Source: Rotaria socialis
Taxonomy: Eukaryota
DNA length: 64,000 bases
Assembly (NCBI GenBank): GCA_905331295.1
Contig: CAJNYD010000013.1
Coordinates: 268,763-332,762, forward strand
Direction of reading: 5' to 3'
Positions 1 through 14,881 of the stretch are shown here, one piece after another. The position numbers were made by a program, and so were the translations under genes. Under the pieces are notes generated by a model. The model saw nothing but the letters and a program-made list of their open reading frames with translations. It did no database searches and was not told where the DNA came from. Positions within the stretch are counted from its first letter, which is position 1. Each line of letters starts with the position of its first letter.

Positions 1-709
1 ACTACTGCTGTAAAGAAAACGGCAACTTGGCTTTTTTTGTTCTTTCTCTCCAATACATACGTTTATATGTATACAGAAGACAATGAAGTGGATGTTTTTG
101 CAAATGTTACAGAATATCGGATCACAGAGTAATAATAATGAGAACAAAAAGCACAGATGATTAACGCGTTTATATTTGATTCTTATCTTTCAAAAAGAAA
201 AAAAAGAACAGCAGACAGTTGTCTGTATATGGATGATTTCTTTTCTATACGGTAATATGCACTCTGCTGTCTACGATCAATCTAGCGATTGTCTAATGTA
301 TCAATGAATGAATCAAAGACAGTATATCGCATCATCTGTTTCAGATCTATGCCATTGATAGACGACAAGAAAAAAATCGATAGAAAGTCTAACTGTTTTC
401 TTATTATTATTTTTTTGTGTATTCTTTTAATAAACTTTATAATAGCAAATTAAAAATAAACACATGAGAAAATTTCTTAATGATATTTTTCTATTGGCAC
501 ATAGGAAAATCTATTTCTATCCCAATCGACGTCAACAAAATCCGATAACATTAACATTCAATGTTTCGAAAGAAACGCTAACAGATCTCATTATATATGG
601 TACAATGATTCCGACTAAGCCAAGTAAACAGTCCCTAGACACACACACACATATATATATATATATATGATTCTTCCTATCTATGGAATTTAATAGTTTA
701 TACATTTAC

Positions 710-976
710 CTTGTTTAGTTTTCTGTTCGATGGTAGCTGTTCGTGTTGCAAAAAAGAGTCAGAGAGACCTTGTATCTTTATATAGTAGTTCTCGCCATGT
801 GCATGCTTCAATTGTGATGTCTTGGACAATGATAGCAGACGTTGTTGTTTTGTTGACAACTGCCTAATACATTGCCGAGAGTTGACATATGATGAATAAT
901 GACTCAGAATATCTGAAGATGAATAGTATATTGTCGACAAAGGTTTTTCGTATGGATGATTCAAGTATGTCTTCAT
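710..976 (-). CDS. Possible first coding exon of an unidentified gene continuing off the left edge
   Basis: 89-codon ATG-initiated ORF (MKTYLNHPYEK...RKLNK) ending at a strong AAG|GTAAAT donor at 709. No recognisable domain. Confidence 0.3.
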
Positions 977-3218
977 TAATTGATTTAAAATCGACAGAGT
1001 AGAAAATACAGGGACAAATATATAATTACAGATATAAATGTCCTTGTTGACTAATTTATACTATCTTATGTCATTTTACTTCGGTTTTTATGTTCTCGTT
1101 GTACTTTGCTATCGCTTGTCCATAGTCAAACAGTGACGAGAATATCAAACCAATTAATAATATCGACTTTCTACTTAAGTAATAATATATTAAGATAGCC
1201 AATATCTTCTACTGCTTCTTCTTCTTAAGCGCCACTGGCTCGTATGCCGTTAATGTGGTACTCTGATATTCGTTTTTATCCATTGAGTGGATATCTCTTG
1301 AGATATTTTAAGATCTATAGAAAGGCAGACTGACAGAAACAAACAAACACGAACATTGCTACTTAGTAGTTTTTGTGAATAATAGTTAAGAAGAAAACGG
1401 CGTATTTACTATCAAAAGCACACGTGAAAAATAGATTAAAATATACAAGCAATAAACTGTGTCTGATGTTAACTGAATTAGGCTATCGATTTATTTGCGT
1501 AGGGCATCTAGTTTGATATTCTTACTATTTTTAGTTTATCTGGATCATGAGAAAAAACAAAAACAATGTTGACATGCTCGAAAAAACAACAGATAACATG
1601 CTAGAAGAATGCCATTTACCCATTAACTATCAAAGCATCTTGATTTCTGTGATCTTTTGAGCTGAATAGTACATTGCTGAGATATTCATTAGATTCGACT
1701 GAATATCTTTTCTTTTATATGACATTTGCATACAACTGCCAATTATTTTAAACTTGCCAACATTGAAATTCAACCCAGTTAAATTTCAACTATTTCATAC
1801 GTATCAGAAAAACTTTTACACTTTTCTTTTCTTATCATTACTCCTATATATTCATCAGAAATTCATTCGAACACGATTGGCTTATGATATATTTGTTCGA
1901 AAACTTTCTCGTCAACTTACATATAATTATTCAAATTGTAAACTCTCATTTATGGATATAATACTATATAGTTCATTATTACGATCATAGTTTTCTACGG
2001 GTGATAAAGATAAGTGTGATTTCAGTTTAAAGTATTCCTGTGTCTCATCAGGAAATAAGTAGATTTCAACAAGAGATTTAGAAAGATTATCATATTCAAT
2101 CGATAAATCTTCAAATTTGAAATACTACCTATTAGTTTGATCGATTTCTTACTGGAACGAAATCCACTTGTATTCATCATATTTGACCAATGCAAGACAT
2201 GGTCATATATGACGCGAAACGATTATTTATGAACACATACAGAATATACATTCGTTATGGATCATCGTCAACCGGTTGTCTTCATGGCATATATACTATG
2301 CTCAGCATTAGTAATTGCATAGGATAGCGTATTATGTCAGACGAATTACTGTATTACTGATGTTATATTTACACGAGGCATGCGACTTTAAACAGTACCA
2401 TGTGTATGTCTTCTTATTTCTCAATATGATTGCTGTAGACATATGTCATTATTATTTCCTTGAAACAAAATAAAAGATTATAAAGCGTGAAAATAAATCA
2501 ATACTATGTCGAACAGATTTTGTCGGGAATAACTTTCCTTACGCAATCAAATATTTGAATTATTAGTCGTAGCAGCTGAGAAAATATAATAATTACGGCA
2601 TATTTTGAAAAGCATCTGCTTTCAATCTTGCGTTGTTTCATTGTATTCACAACTATTAGTTAGTGTTAAGTAGAGACATCTATTCCCGTTGTTTTTTATT
2701 GATAGATATTCTACGAAATGGGGTAAAAAAGGAAGAAGAAGAAGAAGAAGAGTTCCATCGTTTATATTATATTCAAATTCATATCAGCGGTTCTAACAGC
2801 AGGTATCAGCCTTTGTAACAAAGTATCCATGATACTTGCTCTATCGATTTGATACTCAGTTCTACACTTTGCTCATAAAAACAGTATCGAGCAGATATCT
2901 GCTGAAGAAAATTTACACTTTGCTTTTTATTCTATGGAAACTTCGAACTCCTCAATTTTTTTATTAATAGAGATATATTTCATGCGCCGACATCTTCAGA
3001 CATATCGTGTCATGCGTTAAAATATTTATCTATGCATATCCAATTGTTGCTATTACTGCTATTGTTGTTTTTACGAATCGTAATAACAACAATGACAGTC
3101 TAAACGGAGCGATCTATACCTTGGATACTTTATGATACTTTGTTTTAGATTTCTATTAGAAACGCTGATTCAAATACTTGTTGCTTTCGAATCAAATAAG
3201 TGTCTTAACCCTACCACA

Positions 3219-3529
3219 ATGCCAGCTGTACCAGCAGGTTATTCAACTCTAAGCCAAGGAAATAAACCAACTTGTTTTCAACGTGTTAAAATTGGTTTCA
3301 CTATGGGTTTTACAGTGGGCATGGTCACTGGAATTGTTTTTGGTGGTTTTACTGCCATACGGTATGTTATTGAAAACATTGTTTGTTCTTATGAAAATAC
3401 AATGTGCTGTGTATTTTAAGATATGGTTTACGTGGTCGTGAGCTTATTTCAACTGTTGGTAAATCAGTTGTTTCAGCAGGTGGAACTTTCGGTACATTTA
3501 TGGCCATTGGTAGTGCTATTCGTTGTTGA
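3219..3529 (+). CDS. ROMO1: Reactive oxygen species modulator 1 (Romo1/Mgr2)
   Basis: 2 exons (intron 3362-3420). MPAVPAGYS...[67 protein letters not shown] has the Romo1 signature including C-terminal [11 protein letters not shown]..IRC. Confidence 0.95.
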
Positions 3530-3651
3530 GAGACAAAATATACGATCTTTCTTTTTTTTTCTCTTTCAACTCGCCATTGATGTTTTCCTAAAAAACAAAA
3601 TAAAAAAACTAAACATGATTAGACTCCACACTTTTTTCATATTTTAGAATA

Positions 3652-6141
3652 ATGTCTGAATCCTATATTCTTCATGATGTTATGCGCAAAGTTAAAGCAG
3701 ATGGACTATTTGATTCAATTCGCCGTGATTTAATATCAGATATTGAACAAAAGGTTTACTTTTATTAAATTAAACAATAAAAAAATTGTATGTCATTATT
3801 CGTTTTATTTTAGTCATCATATTTAGATTTAAAATCTCAAATCGAATCTTTAATGTCATCATATCTCGCCGAACATAAATGGAGTTCATCATTGAAAAAA
3901 TCTGATATACGCGAAAGAGCACGCCGTCATATAGAAACGTAAGTATTTTCTTTCTAGAAGTAAAAACTATTATTTATTGTTGACGATATACAAAAGATTG
4001 ATCATAATAGAATACTGACTAGTAAGATAAGATTGTCGCTTTCAGAACAGCGTTGGATGTCGCTCGAAAGTCTGTTGATATTTACGTTACCAAGAGAACA
4101 TATAGATACAATTAGCTATAGAGAATCATTATTATTCAATAATTTTTACTTTCTATTTCTATTGAAGATCAAATTTAATCAAAGATGCATTACCATCGCT
4201 TGTTAATCAATGTATGCAAACATGCCAACAACAACTAGTCCAACCACGTCTATCATCGTTTGTATCTGATCATATTGAGCATGTTTATAATTCCATAGGT
4301 AAATATTTTTGTCATGAAATTTTTTTTAAAATAAATTTTACTTCCAGGCGGAGCTCATATTTTTCGTCCATCAACATCATATACACAATCAACTACAATT
4401 TCACAAGAACCTTCCAATCAAGAAAAACCATCACAATCAATTAGTCCAGAAAACGTTCCTAAGAAATCAAATCCAATTCCTAAACCATCAAATCCAATTG
4501 TCAAGAAAGTGTCATCGTCATCATCCGTGCCAAATAAACCTACTAGACCATTGCTAAATCCAACAAATTCTGTTAGAGAAGAAAAAAAACCTCGTGCTGT
4601 ATCACCATTACATTCGCCAAATGAATTAATCGATATTTCTCCATCGCCACCATCGATTGATAATGAACCTACAATCGTATCGTTAAGTCCATCGCCTCCG
4701 CCTCCTGTTGTTCGTATTGCATCACCGTTAACTGTTTCAAAAACTAAAGAAACTCCTCGCAAAAAGAAACACTCACAAGAACGGAATGGTGAGAGTTCAA
4801 CGAACAATATCAAAAAGAAAAAGATTAAAACTGATGATAAATCACCTTCGGATGGCAAATGTATTATCATTTTGTTTCCAAAAAATAATTAATAGATTTT
4901 CTTTTATTTAATATTCTAGCGGATGATATTATATCAATACCGACACCTAAGGAAAAAGGTACTCGAAAACTGCGAGCTCGTCGACCGAATCCAAAATATT
5001 CAGCAGAACAATTTGAAACAGGGTACAAGAAAACATGGTATTTTTCAAAACCAATTTATTTTGTAGTTTTAGTGATATTGAAATCATAGAACCATCATCG
5101 CCGCCACCACTGTCCTCACCATCTGTAAGTTGATTAATTATATTATAAGAATTACCTTGAGAAGGAGCTGTAATCTTCTCCATGGATAATAGCGTATCAA
5201 AGTAAACACTATTTCATATGAATTTCTCCTCATTGAATGTAGTGAATAGTTGTGATAATTACGATTATACGTTGAACAAGTTTTAATATCTTTTGTTGTT
5301 TCGATATATAGGCGATGTCTAAACCAAAGAGAAATCGTTCATTAAAATCATCAACGAGTTTTGAACAAGAACAACTCGATACACCATCATCTCCTTGTAC
5401 AACTTCAGCACTTAATGAAACAGCAACATCGGTAGGTGACATATCACCTGAATATGAAACATTAGTTCCTTCACCTGTAATGGAACAACAACCACCAGCG
5501 CCACAAGAACAATCTGAAAGTAATAGTCTATCTTACTTTTTGTTTTCATGAACTAATTTTTGATTATTTTTAGAAATTGATGAACGATCAAGAACACCAT
5601 CACCAACAATAGTAAATAAGAAAAAATCAGCATCGCCAAGACGTCTTCGTCCAAGAAAACAAAATGAACGTTCTTCAACGGCCGACAATCAAAATGAGAC
5701 GTTCGTGTGAAATTTTTATCTATATTATGATTTTATCTGTTTTTTTTTCTTGCTATTATTAAGAACTACTACTACTACTACTGATGTTTCAACACGTACA
5801 TCTACTGTAAGTTCATTTTCTTTTCTTATTAATCTTTTTCATTCTATTGTTTTTATGATTAGAAAACTCGTGAAAGTAGCCGTCAAAAGACAGAACAAAC
5901 AAGTCAACAATCTAGTCATGATGATACTGATGTTCAACCAGCAACAAAAAAAACTCGACTCGCATCATCGTCATCAGCAACTAGTGATGTTAGTTCTAAA
6001 GATGCACCAAATCGATCGATTTCAGTACCAGAAAATCTTAACACAGCAACAGATGAAACACAACCTACACGTGTATCACCATCACCATTGGGTGCTCCTG
6101 TTTCGAAATCATTTATTTGGAAGCCTAAAATATCTAAATAA
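3652..6141 (+). CDS. BOD1/Shg1-domain (COMPASS-associated) protein with long Ser/Pro-rich tail
   Basis: N-terminus VMRKVKADGLFDSIRRDLISDIEQK|SSYLDLKSQIESLMSSYLAEHKWSSSLKKSDIRERARRHIE resembles the BOD1/Shg1 domain. About 10 exons, low-complexity SP-rich C-terminus ending FIWKPKISK* at 6141. Internal exon boundaries are approximate. Confidence 0.8.
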
Positions 6142-7893
6142 TCATTTTGTAAATAAATATTTGTATAGATAAAGTTCCAGAAACCAACATGTAATTACAC
6201 TGGATGATATCTATGGAGATGGTTTTTCACCAGAGAAGATTTCTCTGATGATGAAAATGGAATATTTGCCTATCAATCTCTCATATCATTATCAAAAGTC
6301 CGCTTGAAAGAGTCTGGCCTCAATGAGACCAACACCGCCGAGAACAGACACTATCCTATGATTTTAGCCGAAAAGGCCCAGAGGCGATAGTTGTTAATAG
6401 TATTACCAAATCGGAGCGACCGTCGTTTCCTTACACATTTTCTAAGGGAGCAATGGCACAAAATAAGTACATCTATAGAAACGAAAAAAAAAAAACGTTG
6501 TAAGCCATGTGCGAACGACTCGATATGTTTATTACAAATGTTTGCGAAGAATTAATTATTTGTACCAGCCGTACAGGGTCGCAATGGCGATGAGTATGTA
6601 CTTAATGAAAAAGTAGCTGGTGCCAAGAGCGACTTCGTCTGTCGATCAAAATGCACTTGATATCATCAATTACTATTTATATCTTTTCCAAAGCAGACAA
6701 ACTATTTAAAGAAATATTTATTTAAGCAATTTTGCAGCAAGAAAATCGGCAATGAGAAAATATGAAAATGATGAAATACATTTTATAACTAGAAATTCCA
6801 TCAAGTCAGCCATTCTAGACAATAATAAAATAACGTTAGTTCGTAGACACGAATGAGCCTGTGTCCGATACATTTTTATCGTCATAGCAAGCATGAAACT
6901 CCTCGCTGTCATTAATAATTCATTAGAACATTTTTACGTCAATTGTTTCCTGCTTGATTTATTAAACACAAAAAAAAATGTCGATCATAAGATAATGAAT
7001 GGAAAATGTTACATAGGAAAATTAGCGTATAGAACAAATAAGAAAGATGTTTTGAATAAAAAGCATCAGTATATGTGTGAATGATGATCTTGATAAAAAA
7101 AAACATTTTTGTGAGAATGTTGCTCTGGTAGGCGATAGATATTTTTCACTACCCACACGGTTTCGTCATTGCAATGCAGGATTCGAACAAGAATGATTCA
7201 ATACCTCGTGTAGTTATTTATTCAGAAACAGAAAGTTGTGCACACGACAGAACTTTTCTCTCTCATTCTTACACGTGTTATATTCATTGTTTATTTTCTC
7301 TCCGCAAACGATGTGTTTACAGACGCTGTGTATCGTATTTACCATGCACGAGCAGATGGTTTTGGGGTCTGAGCGAATTAAACAAGAGATAAAAGCTGCG
7401 TAGCGGGTCAAAAAGTAGTTGCGATGACAAAATTGAGCGGATTGAGGAACGTTTCTTCCTATCTACCAGAACAACAGATTCACAAGTACTATGAAATAAG
7501 CTCATTGGAACAAAAAAACAAATGTTTATTGCTCATAAAATTACACCGTAGTATTGTAAATTCTATTTTTTGCATAATCTATTACTGAGAGTTTTGTGTT
7601 TATTTTGGATATCCAGGAATGCTCAATGATTACAACTGTATAATAACCAGCAAGCATAAAAGCAGTAAAACATAGGCAAGAGATATTGTATATCTATGTA
7701 TATAGTCACTCACACATATATATTCTGACCATGAGAAGAAAACCAGTACAGATGAAACGACCGATGAAGATGCAAGTTCACAAAAATAACATTTTTAATA
7801 TCACGATGGAAAGAAAAACTAATGGGAGAAATGTTATCTTATAGCAAAAGAATATCTACAGAATTATTTTAAAAAAATGTAGGAAGAGATATT

Positions 7894-9144
7894 TTATTTG
7901 CTTGTCGGCTTATAAAAACATGTTGTAACAAATTTGTGTCTGTAACGTGTTGTTGTACTTAATACCATAACACCGTCCTAGAAATAAGCGAAACTATAGC
8001 TTTGACTTTTTTTCAATATCGACTGCATTAAAACGTACACGAATGGATAATGCATAAAGATGTTTTAACATAACATGATTTGGCTCTGGCAATAGAGCTG
8101 GTTCATACTAGAAAGTGAAAAAAGTTGTTTTAGTTTTTAAATACAGAGAAAAAAGATCAACGAAATATATACATGAGCTGCTGTATCTTTATTAAGAATA
8201 ATATTCAGTAGATGTGGTGGTAGAAATGGTGGTTTATCTGTTTGTGAAAATTCTTTTTGAGTTGTTGGTGGCCAGGTTTGTTCATAAGAGCCTGGTGGAG
8301 AACGGGCCATATCTGTGTCAGTGGCTATAATTATATGAAAAATGACAAAGAAAATCTATTCGGTTCTGTTTTACTACACTGCTGTTTAACTAAATTCGCA
8401 CTTTGACTACTGGATAGAATTGAATCTGATGTAAGTGCTTCCATAACTTCGAAATCGCTTTTTTTAACTGTTACTATATTATTACGGCCATTGCGATCAT
8501 CATCTTTCGATGGCTAAAAGAGAGAAACGCTTTCAAATGAAACAAAAACCATACGATGTTTGTTTTTTGTATCTTACCTCGTTTATATCATATTCCCAAC
8601 GGCCATCAATTTGAAATTTATACTCATGTTCACCTTCAGGTAATTCCAAAATAGCAACAAAATCATTATCACTAAAGATTCGAAGAGAATAGAATTCGTT
8701 TTCTTGAAAGTGACTACAACCTTTTGACCATTGTTATCATTTCTTTCCAATTAGTAAATGAACCGGTGAGTAATGCTTCTTTATCTTTCGGTAATGCTGG
8801 ATATTTGAATACAACAGGAATAGTTTTTTTTTCATTGTGCATTTCTGAATGAACAGCTTGTTGTGAATGATGTTGATGCACTTGACGTTGATTACGAATA
8901 CGTATTGGTAAACTTGAATCATGCCGTGGTACCATCTGAATATGATTTATAAAGATTAAAGAAAACCAATTAGTTTGTATTCGAAAAGAGAGATTTTATT
9001 TACTTTGTCATCAGGTGTTGATACATGACTGCTTACGCTAGAATCCTGATGATCGAGAGTAACATAACGACCATCTTCACCATCGCGTTCATATCTTGTA
9101 TATGTATCACTACGAGTACGACCCGTTGTTTGTTGATTACCCAT
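7894..9144 (-). CDS. PRKAB: 5'-AMP-activated protein kinase beta subunit (canonical copy)
   Basis: 7 exons. MGNQQT myristoylation start, CBM (LTGSFTNW...LELPEGEHEYKFQIDGRW), PPFLPPHLLNIILNKD, EPALLPEPNHVMLKHLYALS, VMVLSTTTRYRHKFVTTCFYKP. Confidence 0.97.
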
Positions 9145-9636
9145 GAACTAAAGTAAATCAATGAAAATGAAAATGATTTGTATACGTATTTAACATACGA
9201 ATTGTTTATGTTGCTATATTCGCGAACGAAGAAAATATTTCTAAAATAATAAACAAAAGTTTTTTTTTTCTTCAACAATAAGAAAAAAAAGGTTTGCTTT
9301 GTTTTTTTTCGTAATACATTGGCGTGGCGTGTGTGTGTATATGAATATGTATAAGTATATATAATACAAAAAGAAAAAGAAAGAACGAAAGAAAAGAAAC
9401 AAACGAAAACACTCGTACGTCGTGCTCACATTCATTTTCTATACATGCAAACAAAAATTGCATATAGAATAATCACTATGAATCCTTGTTCAATGAAAAA
9501 TAGTTAGTACAAAACAACGAGTAGAGTATAAATCTGTCATACATATATTTATATATATATATACAACACACAGAGGGAGCGAAAAAAGAGGAACCAACCA
9601 ACAAACTGTACATAAACACAAGACAAAGAAGAAGGC

Positions 9637-12600
9637 TCAACCGCAAAATGTGCAAGTAAACCCTCCGAGTATTTTAATTAATGTTGGCAATTGTATTGAT
9701 TCATCAATGGTTGTATCATTAATATAAAAATTACACAATGAACAACGTTTTGCACGATCCTGAATAAATATAGGTAGAAATGTTTTATTGCAACGTTGAA
9801 AATCATGTCCATTTGGACATGTGATATCATAAAATGTTCTTATATGTAATGCTAATCCACATAATGGACAATGAAGATATTTTTGATCACATGTTGGTAA
9901 ATATTGACTATTAATTTGTGTTTGCGTTATTGGTCCGTTTGATAATGTTATTGGTGTTGTTGTCATATTTGGATTTGCCATCGCAAGTAATGAACTAAAT
10001 TGTGTTGCTAAATTTATATTTGTACTACCATTTGGATTTGTTACATTAGCTGATACTTGTAATTGTTGTGTGGAATATTGTAATAGTAATTCACACCAAT
10101 AGAGAATGGATTTTTCAATTGGTGTTAGTTGTATTTGTTGGTCACTTTGAACATAATCATAGAGTTTTTTAATTAAATCTATTGATATCATTTGAGCGAA
10201 TACATCAGCTAAAAATAACATATAGGGAGCTTGTCTTAAACCATTACCAAGGCCGCTATTGTGATACGATAATAAAAGACGACATAACGAATGAACTTTT
10301 TTCAAGAGGCTAACACTCGCTTGGTCAGCACAATCAGCAACAGACATGATTAAATCAGTTAGTGCATTAGATTTATCTGAGTAAAGTAAAACACGTAATG
10401 CAGCAAGAACATCATTTAAACGAAATGATGGTAATGGATTTGAAAGAAAAAATGTTATGGTTGATGGAACATCTTTTAATGAATAAACTGATAATGTTAA
10501 AATTGCTTCACTACGTTTCATTGTTAGTACAGTGCAATGAGTAGGTGTGATACCAGCAGCTTGACATTCGCTACCTGAAATAGAAAATTAATTAGCATAT
10601 TAAAATGTTGATCTACAAAGTCGAAATCTTTAGTGGCAAACATATTTCACTTGTGCCCTTTCGTAAGTAATAGAAATAACGATAGTAGTAGTGAATGACC
10701 TTTACTTGAATTTATTATATTGGTTTACGATCATTTTACAGAATACTAAGAGAAAAAAATGAGCCGGAAATTGCTTTTTATGATCCAATCAAAATTTCAA
10801 CAAAGCGGATGTGCCTATGTCACGGTAATACTGTTGTAAAGCTATTTGTTGCCCGTGAAGGATTCAAACATTTTTATATTGTTCGTTTGACTTCTTAAAG
10901 TTGTTTTCAAAAGAGACAACATTGGTATTTGATGAAAATTCCCTTCCGGCTCATTGCTCTCCTAATATTCTGTATAATGAGTAGATCACAAGAGGAACAT
11001 GCGAATGGCATAGATGATTTGTTTTTAAACAAAGGATATTAACAAACATCGACCTGAAAATTTGAGAAAAGACTATTGAACAAGAAAAAAGATTGTTACT
11101 GCATAGAAAGTGACTGAATTATTAAATAACAATTATTCTAAACGAAGCACAAAACTTGGTAGAAAAGACTAATATATGTGTGCAGCTTTCATATGGACGT
11201 GATTCTCATTACACTAATGCGAAATCTGTGAAGTAGAAAATCTCTGACAGAGTATAGCTGTTTACCAAGAACGATCGGTCCACAAGGAAACGATCTGTCT
11301 TACTTATTTCTTTATTGCCAACAGATTTTTACTGTTATTATCTTTTTGTTTTGCATGTTCGTATTCCGTTTTTTTCACTTTAACACATCATTGTTATTCC
11401 AAACATTAAATTAGTTTGCAAATATAAGCGCCGTATTCACATGTACTATAGCTGCAACAACGCAAGTCTCTATGCATTTTTAGCGTTTAAAAATATGGAT
11501 ATTAACTATTTACATATTTTTTTTCTAGTACAAAAACAAAGAAAAAAAGTCGTTCTCTGCATAATATTACTAAAACGAGAGAAATCTTCTAAATGATGAT
11601 TCATTTTTTAGTGGAAACTCTCTGCATAATAAAGCATCAAACGAGCTAAGAATATTCTAAAAAGAATTCATGTCATTAACATTAGCAGAAAAGCTGGTGC
11701 AATGTGTTTATGTTAAAATAGAAACAAAATGAAACTATTATTGTTAAATCCTGTATTTGTAAAAAGCTTAAAAGTAAGAATTCAAGAAAAGATTTTTTCT
11801 CAAGAGGACTGTTACAGTATTCTTATCAATGAGAAAATTCCTTGATTATTAATTTCGTGTAATAACTTTTTCTGTTGGTGACAAAATAATTGTCCTCGAT
11901 TCCTATGGTAACGTACCCATTGATTGTTGGCTTCCTTCACACACATCCGTCCCCCTCTCACTAAGGACGAACAGACATACTCAATAATCATTGGCTTTTG
12001 GCCTCACAATGCTATGATAGAATTTACCTGCTGGTAATAATTGACAAAATTGTTCAAATCTAGTTGTATGTTGTGCTGGCAGATGATGATGAAGATGTGG
12101 ATCGTTAAATGTTTGTGTTACTTGTCGATGTATGAAACCATCGCGACATATTAGATATAAATCTTGTGTATCCGATAAAAAATGTGTTAGTACACTTGAA
12201 TTTAAAGCATATTCATTAACTGTTTTAATAGTAAATTGTGAACACGATGTATTATAACCTGTTGATGTTATATTCAATGTAGCGATAACAATTGAATCCA
12301 TTTGAGCAAAAAATAATCTATGTTCATTATATTGCTGATATAAAGCAATATGATGTATACGTGAACCATTTGAAACAAGATGTGGCGATTCTTGTTTTGT
12401 ATATGCCAGTAGTGGTGTTAGTTCATTACCAGTTAACGATATAGAAATAAGAGATACATGTCCATGTGATGAACCAAGTGCTAATATACCGGCTGTATCT
12501 GATAATGAAAGCCATGCCATAGCTGATATAGAATTATGTGGTGGTTTGTAGGAGGTTTCTACTTTTGAATTGTATAAACCGTTTGGCATTGATGGTGAAA

Positions 12601-13352
12601 GGCCTGATTTTTTTGTTCCATTTGCTGTTGGTTCAGTAGCATTAGGTTCGAGTAGAGCAGCGTATGTGAGTGTAAGATTATTAGTTGGTTGTTGTTCAGA
12701 TAATTGCCATATAACAACATGACCTGATTCAAGACCACAGAAAAGAAGAACGAAACGCGATGGAGAATCACGTCGAAGAACATTCGACCAACCCAAACAT
12801 GTTGGTACTAAAAAGAAATCGTTATACTTTGTATTTTTACATATTATTCTTTTTGATATTACCTAAAAGAGCTTCTTCATCACGTGATAATCCTCCGCCA
12901 GTTGTTCCATTACTAGTGGCTGTTTTTCGTGATGTTGTTGCATTGCCACCATTTCGTTCATCTAATTGAGCTCTCCATCGTTTCGAAACATTGAATAAAA
13001 CGACAGGTGATTCTTGATTTGCATCACATATAACAAGTTGGCCTGTGGATGACGCAACAGCTAATAAACGAGCACCATCTGGTCGCAGTGAATCCGGACA
13101 GAATAACGCTAAGGGTGTATATGTGTAATATTTTAAATCATCTTGTTCAAGATGTTGATCAAGTTGAAACCACGAAACAGTAAATAATTGAACTTTACGT
13201 GATGAATGACCACTAAAAGTTAGTAGAGTAAAACCAGTTGATGAGGCTATTGCAAAACGAGACCAATCTGAACATGAAATAGCGCCATCTTTGAGCGAAT
13301 CTGACGTTTGAAAATGCTGTTCTTCAAGCAACGAACAGTCAAAACCACTCAT
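9637..13352 (-). CDS. GTF3C4: General transcription factor IIIC subunit 4 (TFIIIC90)-like
   Basis: 3 exons (short intron ~12.81-12.86 kb, long intron 10575-12027). WD40-like N-terminal repeats (LLAVASSTGQLVI, LLFCGLESGHVVIWQL, LALGSSHGHVSLI) and C-terminal zinc finger CPLCG..CPNGHDFQRCNKTFLP..CSLC..CTFCG typical of zf-TFIIIC. Confidence 0.8.
10739..10972. mobile_element. Tc1/mariner-type MITE in GTF3C4 intron
   Basis: Imperfect TIRs CAGAATACTAAGAGAAAAAAATGAGCCGGAA vs reverse complement CAGAATATTAGGAGAGCAATGAGCCGGAA, flanked by TA on both sides. Confidence 0.7.
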
Positions 13353-14555
13353 TATGTTTGATATTCTTGTTCACAACTAAATACAATGGAAACAAATAAA
13401 AAGCAGATGAAATTATATTTACACGAGGTCATTTTAGATCTTAACTGAAACATCTGATTAATTAATAGATTGATCGGAAAGTACCTGATTATAGTAATAA
13501 TTACAATATTCGACAACATGATAAATAACTCGGATTTTTTTTTCGTTTTTTCTTTTTCTCTTTTCTTGTTCGGTTGTTGAAGGAACGAATAGATCAGAAC
13601 GCAAAAAGAATGAATGAGCGACAGTAGGTGGCGTCACAGAGAGAGAGAAACAATGGCGTGGTCGGATAAAAGGACGCGTGAGACGCTATACAGAACACAA
13701 ATCATTCCCATTGTTTGTTGATAAGTACCTTGACAATGTCATAAGAAAACAAAAATTTAATAAATATCATTATTTTATAAATTTTTATTGCTCTTGCTCA
13801 TGCAAATTATAATTTTTTTAATGATAGAAGAAAAATTCCCTGCTGTATATAGATGTCACTTGTGTATTGGCTACCTTTGAAAGATAATAACAATAGCGCG
13901 TTTGACATCATTGAAATCTTCAATACTCAATTTTTCGATCCTATTATGGCCGTGATTAGCTGTTTATGACACGATAAAATACGGTCGTAATACGATGCAT
14001 GTCAATTTGCGGCGATTTACTATTGGAAACTGTAAGAACCGATAGGAAATGTTGGCGTTTTCGGTCGTGCACGATCGCTTCTCGTTGCCATAATGCTCGA
14101 TATTGGATATGTTGAAGATTTTTTATATTCTCCCTTATTTTGGATTTTATTGGATCTAACTGGAAAGTCTTCTGGTTAATGTACAATTTATAAATATGCA
14201 TAGTGAGTGAATCAAACGTTCGGAATGTTTTCTATTAGTGACAGTTAGCATTATCATCTTCAACAGTAACAAAAAAGAGTGCAAATGTTACTCTCTCTTT
14301 CTTTCTCTTCCTATTATTTTCTTAACGCATAATTAAAAAATTCTTTCTAATCGTGCTCTATCTTGTGATCATTCAGAAACTTCAAATTTGTTTTGATGCT
14401 CATATTCAATGGTATGCCACGAAAAACCTAGTAGCAATATTTATTTAAAATTATCAGACACAAATGATCATTTAATCAGTTGTAAAAAAAAAGAATAATA
14501 AAGGGAAAATTGGATTGAGTTAATGTCAAAACCAAGATCAATCAATTCATTACTG

Positions 14556-14881
14556 CCCAGGACGAACAGTCAGATAGCTGGATCCAATCGGTTCCTGTTG
14601 GATTCTAAGTAAATCTGGATTGTGAACTCACTCACGGATCTCTAGTGTTGGAATCCGATCGATTCTTCCAGGAATCAGTCAAAACCCGATAAGGCTTTTT
14701 TTTAGGAAACTCGTTGGAATCCGACCCCTGAAATTCCTATTGAATTCAGTTGTTGGATTTGGTCCGATTTTCACTGGATTCCCACACTAGAGATCCGTTA
14801 GTAGTTCCTCAACTCGGAATCCCATAAGACGTTGTCGGCTCGTCGGATTTTATGAGATTCGATCGGATTGATTCACCTGAG
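14556..14881. repeat. Dispersed MITE-like repeat (CCCAGG-terminal family)
   Basis: Starts CCCAGGACGAA, ends TTCACCTGAG, rich in GGATTC/GAATCC motifs. Shares the AGTTCCTCAACTC...TCCCAT block with 58171-58531. A shorter remnant lies at ~15315-15400. Confidence 0.6.

Noticed and set aside
4418..4870. 150-aa antisense ORF
   Set aside because: Shadow of the Ser/Pro-rich exon of the BOD1-like gene.
7150..7505. Overlapping short ORFs in a slightly GC-richer patch
   Set aside because: No domain, splice pattern or RNA motif that I can support.
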